From Lepidodermella squamata (Eukaryota > Animalia > Gastrotricha): a stretch of DNA of 64,000 bases. Made by a program: the position numbers and the translations under genes. Where the stretch lies: assembly GCA_047495785.1 (NCBI GenBank), contig JBLDXI010000057.1, forward strand, positions 62,001-126,000. Reading direction: 5' to 3'. The stretch's first letter is position 1, and the number at the start of each line of letters is the position of its first letter. Below are positions 23,544 through 35,850 of the stretch, piece after piece. Under the pieces are notes generated by a model. The model saw nothing but the letters and a program-made list of their open reading frames with translations. It was not told the DNA's origin and did no database searches.

Positions 23544-24533
23544 ATGCTGGAAATTGTGCTAAACTCACAGCTAGATGAAAACGCCCTAGCCGGGCTTAAA
23601 AGCGGCAAATCAGCGCAATGGAAAGATAAGTTGATGGACCACATCGAGAGCCTCCATGGCAAAACAGGTCGAGCCAAGTGGAAGCTGTACGAGGACCTAA
23701 TCCCGGCAAACGCTGACCTGTACCATGACAATCTAGCTTCTTACATCGAACGATGCTGGGCTACTCACGCTGGGATCATTTTCCGGCCAGACATGTTCTA
23801 CTTCTGCGTTTACACCGAAATCGCGCAGTATGTCGTCAAAAATGCCGAAAAATGCCGCGACATTTTCACAACTAAACCTGACAAGCAGAAAATCATCATA
23901 GTCCAAGACGTTACGAAGTGCATTGAATTCGAGCGAGTTATTGAGGCGCTTAAGAAGCTTGTTCCGGCCAATGTCGAAAAGCTGCTGCCGAATTTCTCGA
24001 CTGATTCTGCAATGGCACGAGAGGCGAGATATGCAGCTTTCGCCGAGGCAGCTTCGCCTTATTACGATTACTTTACGACTAAATGCGGTCTCAAAAAAGT
24101 CCGGCTGGAAGGCAATGAGCAAGATTGGAGTAGTATCGAAACTTCACTGACAGAATGGGAAAAACTGTTACCTGACTCTAGTATGAAGAGCTACATTGCT
24201 CGTTGCAATGAGCTATGCCGAATCATCCTCGGTCAGGTAAAATCAGGCGAACTCGATTCTGATTTCTGGACCGGCATGTTCAAGGATATCCATTGTGGCT
24301 CTGGGCATCCGCAGTACGTTGGCTGGTTGATTGAGCTATGCAATAGACAACAACGCTGTTCGCCGTACGATCTAAGGGGTCAGATTACAAGCGTTGAATG
24401 GCACGTCATTGGAGCTGGCGGTGAGTTGGAGGACCACTACGTTGTTCATCACGGGCTATTCTCATCCAGGCTTGACAAAAGAGATTTCCTGGTCCCGGTT
24501 TTCTCACGGGCAATTTTTATCGAGAAGAAGTAA
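23544..24533 (+). CDS. DUF4419-family protein, intronless, copy 2
   Basis: 329 aa, near-identical protein to copy 1, inverted orientation; TATAAAA upstream. Confidence 0.8.
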   Translation: MLEIVLNSQLDENALAGLKSGKSAQWKDKLMDHIESLHGKTGRAKWKLYEDLIPANADLYHDNLASYIERCWATHAGIIFRPDMFYFCVYTEIAQYVVKNAEKCRDIFTTKPDKQKIIIVQDVTKCIEFERVIEALKKLVPANVEKLLPNFSTDSAMAREARYAAFAEAASPYYDYFTTKCGLKKVRLEGNEQDWSSIETSLTEWEKLLPDSSMKSYIARCNELCRIILGQVKSGELDSDFWTGMFKDIHCGSGHPQYVGWLIELCNRQQRCSPYDLRGQITSVEWHVIGAGGELEDHYVVHHGLFSSRLDKRDFLVPVFSRAIFIEKK

Positions 24534-24685
24534 CGCGAATATTTTAATTCATCAGAACTGTTCTTGCAATCGAACCTCGGTGATATCTATTTCATTTCCT
24601 TTGAATTTTCGAGATTGCATGATGCTATAATTTTTGTCTCAATAAACATGAATCTGCAGGGAGATAGAGTTTTATTTCAAATTGT

Positions 24686-24982
24686 TCACCGATTCCGAAT
24701 ATTGCATCCGAGAATACATAAGCTGTAGTTTGAGTTGGCTGATTGGAATGTAATAGCAACACATTGCCACCCGTTGCTGAAGGAACAAGGGGCTGTCTGT
24801 TGCTCATTCAAGTTTGCAAATATGTAGTCTCTATTGGCGCCTCCCGACCCGTAATTTGCCCATAAGTGCAAACCGTGGAAAGCACCCCCGCTCGGAATGT
24901 ATTCGAATATCGGTATGGCATCAGCGCCTGCGAACGATCGGAGCACTGCCGAGATGAAACTTCGAATCTCTCTTTCCTTCAT
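24686..24982 (-). pseudogene. LamG/concanavalin-like domain relic
   Basis: PIFEY...GLHLW...IFANL...WQCVAITF strand pattern; no signal peptide; frame breaks after NYSL. Confidence 0.45.
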
Positions 24983-25051
24983 TAAATGATAGGCGTTTAT
25001 TTGTCGATGAGGGTAGCTTATTTTTGTATTTGTAAAATCATGAAATCAACA

Positions 25052-25657
25052 TCACTCCCCAGTTATTATGGTCGAGTTTCTCTGTTCATCCTCTCCGTTC
25101 AAGACGCCCTCCATGAAATCAGTTAAAACGCGAGCTATTTCGTCGCTGTTCGACGAGCCATGAGCCAGTTCCATGGCTATCCAAGCATCTTCGCCAGGCA
25201 TCGGCAACGTAGCATCAGCGCCGTGGTCCAACAGAAATTTATACATGACAGAGAACCCGCGCCCGGTCGCTATCATCAGCGGGGTAAATCCAAATATATC
25301 AACCGAATTCAAGTCAGCACCGGCCTTCAACAATGCTTCAGCAATCGGCAGTTGATTCAGACTGGCGGCGATTTCGATAGCCGATGTGCCCCAAACATCG
25401 GCCGCATCGACCTCGGCGCCCTTCACCAATAAAAAGTCGACCATTTCAACGTCGCCCTGCTTGACGGCTTTTTTCAACGGAGTGTCACCGGCTTCGTTGC
25501 TCTCGGCTTCGTTGATAAGAGCGAGGGAAAATGGACTGATAGAAGTCGCAGGCCCGATTATTTCGCGTACTCCTCCGAGATCGTTATTGCCGATTGCAGT
25601 CATCAAGTCCTCAAAAGACTTGTAATAGTCTTCATTTTTGACGACATCGCCACCACC
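25052..25657 (-). CDS. Ankyrin-repeat protein (last exon; 5' exons unresolved)
   Basis: GDTPLKKA...LLVKGAEVD, GTSAIEIAA...LLKAGADLN, GFTPLMIA...LLDHGAD; splice acceptor near 25657. Confidence 0.8.
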   Translation of the reverse strand, partial: GGGDVVKNEDYYKSFEDLMTAIGNNDLGGVREIIGPATSISPFSLALINEAESNEAGDTPLKKAVKQGDVEMVDFLLVKGAEVDAADVWGTSAIEIAASLNQLPIAEALLKAGADLNSVDIFGFTPLMIATGRGFSVMYKFLLDHGADATLPMPGEDAWIAMELAHGSSNSDEIARVLTDFMEGVLNGEDEQRNSTIITGE

Positions 25658-26064
25658 TGTGGTACACGAAAATCATACTGAGACATTTTGGGCTATTTTT
25701 AATTGTCACCCTCTCTCGAGATTGTCGGCGTCGCTGAGACGTGGCTGAAATATATTACAACCGTTAATAATACAAACATTTTACTGAAAAAGCAACTCAC
25801 TGAAAAGAAGACGTTTTCTCTATTACCTTTGCATGTCTCGTAACTACATGAACAAATCTTCTATGTGCAGGAATGCAGCGATGACAGGACACTCTTATTC
25901 ACAATCATGCAAAAATTTTGAAACATATGGAAAATAATTGGGTTGTATAAGAAATTCCATTATACAACACGCTGCGCATTCATTTCATGGATGCGCAGCG
26001 AATTCCCACTCTGCGGAATTTTTTGGCCACCCTGTATGAGCGCAATGATGGGAACAACAAACGG

Positions 26065-26210
26065 CAGTGATCCGACTAGGTCCAGCTCTGAGGGGGGTAA
26101 ATAAAGCATTTTGAGCCCAAAAGGTACAAATCAACAGGGGGACCCTTACGTTTTTCAGAAATTTCAGAAACGCCAGGGGGGTTAATTTACCCCCCGTACT
26201 CGGACCACTG
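26065..26210. mobile_element. 146-bp hAT-type MITE
   Basis: TIR CAGTGATCCGA / TCGGACCACTG (10 of 11 match); 8-bp TSD ACAAACGG at 26057-26064 and 26211-26218. Confidence 0.85.
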
Positions 26211-26241
26211 ACAAACGGTATGAAGATACTTCATAACAGTT

Positions 26242-26661
26242 AGAGTGACTCTGGTCGTACATATATATGTACGAGATTTTTGATAGTCGTACATATATTC
26301 GAATGAAAACTTAGAATTTCAGCCAATTACTCAATTTCAATCCTGGCAAGTTCATTTTTTGAGGGCAAATGCCTCTAACAGGGTTCCACAGACATGCACA
26401 TTTTTACCCGCCCATCGGTTATGGTTCCGACTTCGGGTAATTTCGGGTTTCAGATTGGCTAATAATAGGTATTCACCCTATGCATGGTCAAACTTTGAGG
26501 GGAGGTTGATCACGCCTCGATGAACATATGGTTAAAATTTGGAACATTTGCGATCAAAATTGATTAATCCATTTAATTTCAAAGTTCAACAGAAATATTT
26601 TTGAAATATATGTACGACTAGCAAAAATCGCGTACATATATATGTACGAGCAGCCATTCCG
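26242..26661. mobile_element. MITE with about 50-bp inverted repeats
   Basis: Both arms contain the palindrome CGTACATATATATGTACG; flanked by the direct repeat TAACAGTT. Confidence 0.7.
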
Positions 26662-27254
26662 TAACAGTTTTATAAGACAGTAGAGCATCCGTTATATTGA
26701 GCGGACAGGATTTAAATAATCTTATAACCTTATAATGCTGAAGTTAGAGCCAGCAATTTAGACTAGACTGTGGGCAGGATACTTAGTCGTTGTCTTCCGA
26801 CAATTCCGCCTAACTCAATCGAATCCTGCTAAACTTGCGATGCATTTATCCTCATTTAATAAATAAAAACAAGTAATAAAATTGAACACGATGAAATATC
26901 AATCTGCCATAATTTGTATGTTTCATTTCATGGATGCGCACACCAGGCCGGTTAAGCATAGCCATGACAATTTTGACCCCTATAATTTCGAATCATTGGC
27001 AAGCCCTGCCATCATACGGTTTGATATACGCCCATGTTTATTACCGGAGAAAAAATGCAGAGGGTGGTCTGTGGATTCCTCATTCTTCATGCTATAGTGT
27101 GACACTCATTTTGTCACCTGGCAGCATTAGGCCTGTAATCACTCATTTTTTTCTGCGTTTGATAAGCTAATTTCGACTGGCATGTGCGCCTGATAAGGGC
27201 TGATCCGGGTACAAAAACTTACATTGGGTCCGTTGAGTAGCAGCATTTTCCAAA

Positions 27255-29521
27255 ATGTATTCAATCGTTCTATTTTTCTTGATTGGTCTCAGTAGTTCAA
27301 CTAATGCGACGTGGGTCCGCCCGGAGAGTCTTGAGCTCTTCGCGGTAATGGATTCTAAAAACGGTGTTAACGACCTCTCAGGCAAGCAGGCGATCAGGTC
27401 GAGCGACGATGCGGTTTTGAATTCCAGATTCAATGGACCTTTCAACGAGCCGCAATCGAGCTACAGCGTCACATCGAATTGGCGGGCCATCGTTTACTAC
27501 AACACCACGAAGAACACTTACAGAAGCTTCACATACACGATGTATTTCCACGCTGATACATCTGGGGATTCTGGTTTATTCTCAGAGCAGAACACAGCCC
27601 CGAGAAGACTCGGTCTCGTGCAACAGAAAAACACGCTGGAAATTCACGGCTACAGCGGGACAGAAGACAAATCTTCTTCAATCCGTGTTGAGAAAGTAGC
27701 AGATTTCTTTGCGTTCTCCCGTTGGCATTTCATCGCAGTTACCTACGACGACGCGAATAACGAAGTAACCCTCTACGATTCGGCTGGATTTGCGAAGAGA
27801 AGCTTTAAAAACTTCCACATCGAGCCGAGTTCCTCGACGGGCTACGTCGTTGGCAACGCAAGGGATAACAATGGCTATTCGTATGGTCTACAAATGAATG
27901 AAGCCATAGCTTGTGTGACAGTTCACAGCACCGTTCTCAGCCCGTCTGAAATAAGTCAGCTGAGTGATGCCTGCAAATACAAGGGCGAGTACCCGCCAAT
28001 GTGGCCTTCGTCCGACAACTTGATGGCCGTGTGGCCTCTCACCAATAAGTACAAGTTCAAAGATTTGGGGAAGAATGATCTTTCCTCTAGTTTTCCCTCT
28101 AATGGTAATTTCCTCCCAGTCAACGGTCCATTCGGAGGGGAGCTCAACGCAATCATGCCAGCAAAAGACACGTACATGGAAATGTTCAAAGTCTCGCATT
28201 CAGCTTTCAAAAGTAGCAAGAGGTCTTTCACAGTTTCGTTTTTCCTCAGGCTAGATAAAAAAGACTCGAAAGGAGGGATATTTCAGTTCTTCGCAGAATG
28301 GGCTACTGCCAACAAACTCCCACAAATTCACTACTCCGGTAATAAAGTTACCCTATCCGCCGGAGGAGTCGTCGCGGGCACTACAATGCTAAGCTCAGAT
28401 TCTGTCTGGAGTTTTATCAGCTTCAGTTACAACGGATATTCCCAGCGATTGACTGTTTACAACAAGCATGGTGTCGCTTACAAGAGTACGAATATTGTTC
28501 CGATTGAAATAAGCAATTATATTAGCGGTGCGCAAGTCGGGTATGCCGCCACAGCCGGTGGTTTGAAGCCTGGAGACAGTCTGTCCTGCTTATCGGTTTA
28601 CTACTCTGACCTATCCTGGCCTGAAGTTCAGCGTCTGATCAGCGCCTGCCGGAACACACACGAAGTCACGATGCCTGGACAGCCGAAGTTGCCGCTTTCA
28701 CCGATTCCAGCTCACACGTCCTCTTCAGCTCAAATCCCACGAGCTGGCCAGTTTCCATGGCTTGGTGTCCTTAGCAACGTATACGGAAATGAAACCATCT
28801 GCACTGTGTCGATTATCGACGAACTGTGGGTCCTAACCTCGGCTAAATGCGTGAATTCAAGCGATGCATACAAGCTTCCAGTTGTGACAGGTGTTCACGA
28901 TTTTGCAGTCTCTTCTGTCTATAAAAAGACGCATGCCATCTCCAAAATTATTCGATCCGGTAACTCAGAACGCGACATTGCTCTGCTGAAGTTGAAATCA
29001 CCAATTGACATGACATCAACTTACGTAAACGACATTTCGATCTACGGCAAGGATTCTAATAATGTCGATCAGAGTTCGTTCCAATTCATAGCCGGCTGGG
29101 GTAAAAATGGCCGATCTGGCCCGACAAGTAAAACCCTGCCAAGATTCGTTCATGGCGTGAAACTGGACGATGAGAACTGTGTGATTTCGTGGAAAGATGG
29201 GTTCGAGCCAGCGACTGACAGCTGCTTCCAATCTGCCACTCGAGATTTGAACGTACCCTGCGACGGCGACGAAGGCTCCCCGCTCATGTTCCAATCACTT
29301 AGCAATGCGAAATCAGGAGACAGCCTCTTGCAGGTACTGGAGACTAACATTTATAATATGCTTATTTTATTGCTAATTGTTTTCAGTTCGGGATTTATTT
29401 TGGCCGCGATGAGAAATGTTCAGCCAACAAGTTACCGCTGTTTGCAGACCTTGAGCCCTTTGGATCGTGGATTTCCGAAAAGTTGGTTTGCGACGTAACC
29501 ACAGACAATCCGAGCTGTTGA
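27255..29521 (+). CDS. Secreted LamG-LamG-serine protease homologue, catalytically inactive (exons 27255-29333, 29387-29521)
   Basis: Signal peptide; two LamG-like domains (WHFIAVTYD, WSFISFSYN); trypsin fold GQFPW, TSAKC (H to K), DIALL, GDEGSP (S to E). Confidence 0.85.
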
Positions 29522-29974
29522 GGGATTGAATGCTATTTGACTTTTCAAAATTGATTTTCCTTCAATTGTACATTCAACAATGGCGTGGCCTTCCAATTGG
29601 TTATGATTACTAATAATATCCATTTTAATATCCATTTTAATCGAATAAAGATTAAGAACTGCAATTTCAAAAGATCTTCTGACCATGTAAAACGTTAAGC
29701 TCCCTTTTGCTTATTGAATGAGTATCAGTTTCATGGCCGTAAAATCTCAAAATATTCCCATGAGCGAAGAAGGTAGGTTGACGGGAGGAGGGTTGAGATT
29801 GACCCAGGACCCAGCTCTTCGACTATGATGACACTCCTCGTTTCCAGTCGGTCATATAATGGGCTATAGGGAGTCTGGAACCACAATAAAAAATTTCATT
29901 TTGATTCTTAATCAACGCACACCAGAGGTTCTTATATATTTCTTTTCAAATAGGCTTAGGGCTTATTAATCGGT

Positions 29975-30290
29975 TTATCCGCGGTCTTCGACGTCGAAGA
30001 CTATATATACTTCGTGTTTTTTCGTCTCTCTAATCTTGAGCTGGCTAGCTGCGTACCTGTCAGAGAGCGAAGCCGGACAGCCGAATTGGTTATGATAAGT
30101 AAAATCGGCATTAGGGTTCCCGATTAAGTCATTGACTGGGTTCACCTGGCAGACCGATTAAACTGGTAGGGATGATCCCCACCATTCCCTAGCGGTACAT
30201 CGCTCGCTGGTACTTTCTGGTAACACCACGAAGAAAATCCACTCGAGACCGCGGTTTCATCCCTCCCGGTGTAGGACGCCATTCACCTCC
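29975..30290. mobile_element. Possible non-autonomous Helentron/DINE-like element
   Basis: Subterminal IR CCGCGGTCT (29979) / AGACCGCGG (30246); 18-bp palindrome GTCTTCGACGTCGAAGAC at 29984-30001. Confidence 0.3.
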
Positions 30291-30789
30291 ATATATCATG
30301 GTGGCGAAATAATAATTCCATGTTACATTTTTCTGCAGGAAAAACGTGAATGATGTTATTGTTTTTTCATGATTACATTGTTTTTTCTTAACTGGTGCTT
30401 AAAGTAGTTTCTGCCCTTAACTCCGTTAAGGAATCCTTAATTTCTTAGACGAGTAGTAAATATACATTCATTACATAAATTCTAAGCTTGCAATTGCCGC
30501 ATGTTTGGAAATAATAGTGCTGAATTCGATGAGAATATGGAATATGCATAACAATACGTCCTTCATCGTAATTCTTAATGAGGATTGGAGCAAAAAAGCG
30601 TTTGTTGCAATCATAACACCGGTTTACATTCAGCGCTCCTGAAAGCTGAAATCCGAAAGCACTCAACGCGCACTCTTGAGTACGATCGAACAAGTCAACT
30701 AAGAGCGCAGCATAGACAAATAATGAATTATTTGCCTATGCTGCGAAGGTAGTTGCATAGCCAATGCAAGAATTTGTAGAATTGAAATA

Positions 30790-32322
30790 ATGCACTTGGC
30801 AATCGAAATTCTAATTTTTAGCTTGATTCTGCTGAGAATCTCTTCTTGCACCTCCCTTCAGCCTACATCACGAGCGATTGAGTGCGACTCTGCTCTAGAT
30901 GGTACAACGTGGAGAAATTACTCGGCGCGAATCAAAGAGGCTTTCCTGGAAAACTGCCCCGAAGCACGATCTGAAGCTCTGCCGTTAGACGCTTTGATCG
31001 CAAAGAACTTCACAGCTCCCATCGATGTCACTGTAAATCTGGATCTCTATCGGCTTGTGAGCATAGATGATATGCAGCAAAGGTAAGTGTCTGATAAGTG
31101 ATAAGATGTGTGTATAACCTTTAAGTTGTTTGCTGAAATCCGCTGAAGTCAAGGTTTTTGTAAATTTATCGGCAAAACGAAATAGAGAAGGAGTACCACT
31201 GAAGTCTATTCAAAAGGCATTGAAAGCAATTTAGACATAGCCCATTGTAAATTCGGCTTAATAATTTATTCCCATACATTTTTCTCAAGCCTGTCAGTGT
31301 GGGCGATCGTGATCATGGCATGGACTTATCCGTGCAGTTTACTTACCTGCCTGGATGTTCTCGGAAGCGAATCACTTTGCTCGACGGCGAGCACGCGTCT
31401 ATCTGATACGGATTATGAATTTGCCATGGCTATGACACTCCCAGCAAGAGACGTGTGGACACCCTCTTTCAATCACATGAATGCCGCTGCGACAACACGG
31501 CCTTTTGAAAAGTCAAAAACTTACATGGTTCGTTCAATCTATTGCAAAAGGTTTTTATTTATTTTCAGATACAGCAATGGACGTGTTTACGTTTCTTTCT
31601 TGCATAATTACGCTTCTATCTATGCAACAGGCCGTTATGATACGATTTGCGATGATTTCTCATTTCGCAAGTTCCCATTCGACAAAGTTAAATGCTCGTT
31701 TATTTTCGACTCTGAAGAAATAGCAGCCTTGGTCAATTACACCCTGAAGAGATTCTTCATCGACGAATCGTCAAAGGATTCGTTTTTATCCGACTCTGAT
31801 GTTTGGGACTTGATTGAGCTCGATGAGCCTAAAACTGAAACTTCGACTCAAGCTGGCGGTTTGAAGCTAACGAGAATGATAGCAACTATTACGTTCAAAC
31901 GTAGACCTAGTTACTTCGTGATAAACATCATTTTTCCTGTCTTCGCATTGTACTTCATGCAGTTGGCTGCTCTGATCATGCCACCCGAATATCCTGATCG
32001 ATCTGGTTTTGGGATGACAGTCGTATTAGCTTTCTCTGTCATTCTATCTATTATTGTTTCCCAGATTCCACGAACATCGGAACGTGTATACCTGGTCTAC
32101 TTGGTCGTATTCAAATTTGCATCTGGAGTAGTCATCAATATGTACGAATTAGCTTCACTGGCTATGTACGAAGAATTGAAAATCAACTGGAAGAGTGTTA
32201 ACATTTCAGGCAGGTTCAAACTTTCATGGCCCAGATTGATCGACATTTGTTTCGCTTCTGTTGTAATCTTCATTAGCTTTGCTTGTGACGCTGTCTTCAT
32301 TTGCCTTATGATTTCATCATAG
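30790..32322 (+). CDS. Divergent Cys-loop ligand-gated ion channel subunit (exons 30790-31082, 31290-31511, 31569-32322; second intron tentative)
   Basis: Signal peptide; WTP; C...FPFD...C; FKRRPSYFVINIIFP pre-M1; four TM helices. Confidence 0.85.
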
Positions 32323-32896
32323 GCTTGCTTCATAATAAAGCTTGTGCGATATTGGTGCGAATCTATTGACTACACGGTTGGGACATTCACACGAAAGGAG
32401 GACATCATCAGCCCACGATGATACATAGGTTGACATATGGGAGGCAGCGAAGGTATTGTCGAATTTCAGGAGAACAGGGGTATTTCGAATAATCTCTTAT
32501 CATATCGTTAACGATGCGCCAAAACAACCACTTAGATGACTCATTCGATCGTACTTTTAGTCGCCTAACGTAATGTTGAAGTACGTTAGGCCTTTTGAGC
32601 ACCGATTTTTTCCTAATTTCGAACGTACTTTCCTCATAAAATCTATAAATAGTAAAGTGGTTGTTTTGGCGCGTCGCTAACGATATGCATCTTACGCGCA
32701 GAAAAAACAAGATATTTTCCCAGATCGATTTAAACTTGAATTTCAGAAAGCACCATAACCATACAGGCATGTTCACACATCATCGCTCGAGACGCGGAAG
32801 AGCCACGAGCCACTTCAAGCGGAAAGTATCCTATCATTATATTTTTTGCTTATTGAAGTGTTTCTTCTTCCGCGCCACAAACGACATAGGCACGTA

Positions 32897-33321
32897 AATC
32901 TCGGGCTAGTTAATGCCGATCTGAGGACAATTCCGGACAATGAATTCAGCGCCGAGTTGAAGGTTTGCGAGATCAGCATGTCCTCGTTATCAATCTAGAG
33001 AAATTGAGTATTTCAATCTGCCGATTCTTATTCGGATAAAATCAAACGGTGCAACGCTTGAGTTCACAACTCCTACCACGAGCTGCGGATCGCGGGAATA
33101 ATCTTTTTTTGGCTTTTGTTAAACTGATGTCCGAGAACTCTATTACCTCGATCAAGGGCCAGAATGGCCATCATCATCGCTTCGTGGCAGAAATGCCTCA
33201 ATGGGTAATCAGCGGATCTTGAATTGTTCGTCAGTCGGGCAAACGCCACTTCAAACTGTGCCAGATTGTAGCCGAACGCAGTCCCAGATTCCTCTCCGCT
33301 TCATTTGGAATGCCATGAAAA
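32897..33321 (-). pseudogene. Class C GPCR VFT fragment
   Basis: Similar, with indels, to about 47783-48213. Confidence 0.8.
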
Positions 33322-33776
33322 CACGAAACATGACATGAAGCGTTACACCTTCTGAGAATCTTTCACCACCCCTTAGTTCGACAGACATTGATTTTGAGAA
33401 GTGCCAAATAATTGTTCTGGATGGTGGGCTCTGCTTAGCTACGACCCTGTCCAGAACTCATCCAGCGCCATTCTGGTGATCCTGCCCGAGTTCTAGACCG
33501 AAAGCCGAAAGTAAGATTTCACAAATTATGTATGAGTTTCAGCTGTAGTGATTTGTAGTGATTTAAGGTTCCTAATCTTCCTAATATATCTGCCAAGCTG
33601 TGTAACTATTTAGCAATTTCTTGCGCATGGGTTCAATATTTTTAAGATTTCGTAAAAGTGAGGTAAAAATCTCATTTAATCTTTGAAACTCAGGCAGGAC
33701 GTAGTAAACCGATGGCCTAATCAAAGCGAACGGGGGAAGTTGTTTGCTGGAGCTTTTCATTTTGGTCAATTGGCCT

Positions 33777-34033
33777 ATTGGTCAATCGATTGTTGCTATG
33801 ACTCCCGGATGAAACATTATGGTCGTGCGATCCATGAAATTTGTAGCAACAAAAGTGTTTTTGCCGCAGTAGTTTGCCACGATTAATAATATGGAGTTTA
33901 CGCTCGTGGTCAATGGAAACCGTGCAGAGGGTGTGGCAAGGTCATTTTTTACATAAATATAAATTAATTCATTAGTGGATCGCACGACTAAATTTTTTCA
34001 TCCCGGAGTCATAGCAACGATCAATTGACCAAT
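33777..34033. repeat. Foldback inverted repeat of about 58 bp (probable MITE core)
   Basis: ATTGGTCAATCGATTGTTGCTATGACTCCCGGATGAAA at 33777-33834 is inverted at 33976-34033. Confidence 0.75.
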
Positions 34034-34803
34034 CAGCGTGCGCGCCAAAGTTCAACTTTTTAGTGGTTCCTCAATGATCCTGAACAGCATTGAAAAGCAA
34101 TACATGCATGCCGTTCGCGATTAGCAGATTAAAAAGCAAATGTGATTACACGTATGATTGCGAATTTAAGCTGTAGAATATTATGCTCTTTAGGACAGTA
34201 CGACGCCCGAGAATGTCACGGTGACGGCCCTGTGCTAGGTACGCGTCCCTCGTGCGCTTTGTTGCCAACTTCGGCTTTGTCACGTTTGCCTTAATGGTAC
34301 CAAGATACAACTTTGCCGCAAGGACATGTTGCCAAACAACACACTCCGTGCCATCCTGGGAGTCCTATGCCTGCTACTTCGGAGACTCCGCCTTCGTGCT
34401 TCGTGCGTAATAATGTCGTTCGCCATGGCGTGCATTTTTCTTGTGGCGCATTCAACGCCGTGGCTCAAATAAAGGGCAGTGTCAAATATAAGACGCGGCT
34501 TCGACTTGTTTTGAAACAAATAAAGGACAGGTCCAACATTTCGGGCTGTACGGTATGTTAAACTTTGTGATTTGAAGCAGAATTGGGTGAATTTCAGAAT
34601 TTCAGAATATTGTTGTCAAACTGGCGCACGACACAAACACGTTAAATCCAAGAAGATTTTCAAAGATTTTATTGTTATTGTTTTCCAAGTAACAAGCTCT
34701 CATGGCAACTCAGTGTACCTATTGATCCAAGTTTGAAGTTGATAACACAGTCAGAAGTTTTGTCGGCGATAGATGACTGAATTTCCCAAATCCACAGTAC
34801 GCT

Positions 34804-35850
34804 TCATACTTTGCACATCTCAAACGTAGTGACGCCATAGGCGCTGCCGGTGGATAAATATGTGACAGTTCCGGGCGATAGCTTCACGCAGCACTCGTGG
34901 AAACTTGCAGCGGCGCCGTACCCATTTTTGACTGGCTATAAGGAAAAAGAGCTATAAACAATCAACATCAATTTTAGTCTATAAAGCAATACCAGGATGT
35001 TGGCGACGGCCTTGTGTGCTGGGTCCGATGCGGTGTAAGGGAAGCGGAAACAAAATGCATTTGGAGTCCCATCAGCGTTTTGCGCTGTTATTGAGTACGC
35101 GTTACTGAGGGTTTTTGCAATACACGCCGTCACCGGTGGAGTACCAGGAACGAGCTCGTATATGAGACCTTGGAAACCGCCAAGAGAGAACGCAGCTTGA
35201 CAGCACTCAGAAAAAGTGGTGGCAGTGAATCCACTCGAGTCTGCCTGGAATGCACACCCCTTTCAAATTGCATTCATTTAAATCAGTTGATTCTTACAAT
35301 CGCTCCAGTTGTAAGGACCGAGTCACAAGCGCCAGCATTCGCTGTGCAGAACCAAAGATTGCTTACTCCAGAATAGCCCTGCGTCGGGGATATTTTACAT
35401 AATTTGTAGGTGAGCTGTTATATATGAAAATGAACAGAAAATGAACGTTTGAATGAAAATGGCTCGTCTTCCGCTTACAGGGGCCGTGCAAGCTTGTGAA
35501 TCCGGGCATTGAGTTGCTGCCTTTGCGATGCAATTTTTCGCAGAAGCGTCGCAAATATTGGCGGACGGCGTGCAGGTTTGGCCGCTTGTACACGAAGAAG
35601 TTCCACCCGACCCACTGGTTTTAGCGACACATGTGTTGGTTGCTGCGTCGCATACGTTGGCTGCTGCAGTACAGGACGAGCCAGAGTTGCAGGGGTTGGC
35701 CGTCGTGTAACACGCCTGGCCATTCGGGCAAGTTCCAGGCGAATCCGTTGCAGTCGCCGATCTCGGGCAAGGAGTTGTCGAAGAAGCTGGGCAAGCTGTG
35801 ACTACGCTACATGCAGTGGCCAAGAGAATAGCGAGGATGAAATATTTCAT
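34804..35850 (-). CDS. Secreted cysteine-rich repeat protein, about 290 aa (exons 35850-35479, 35414-35298, 35244-34993, 34935-34804)
   Basis: Signal peptide MKYFILAILLA; repeated CT..AN.CDA....C.AK; three phase-0 GT-AG introns give an open frame. Confidence 0.75.

Noticed and set aside
29334-29498. Hydrophobic C-terminal TM segment on the 747-aa ORF
   Set aside because: Arises from reading through a 53-nt intron; splicing restores the trypsin C-terminus
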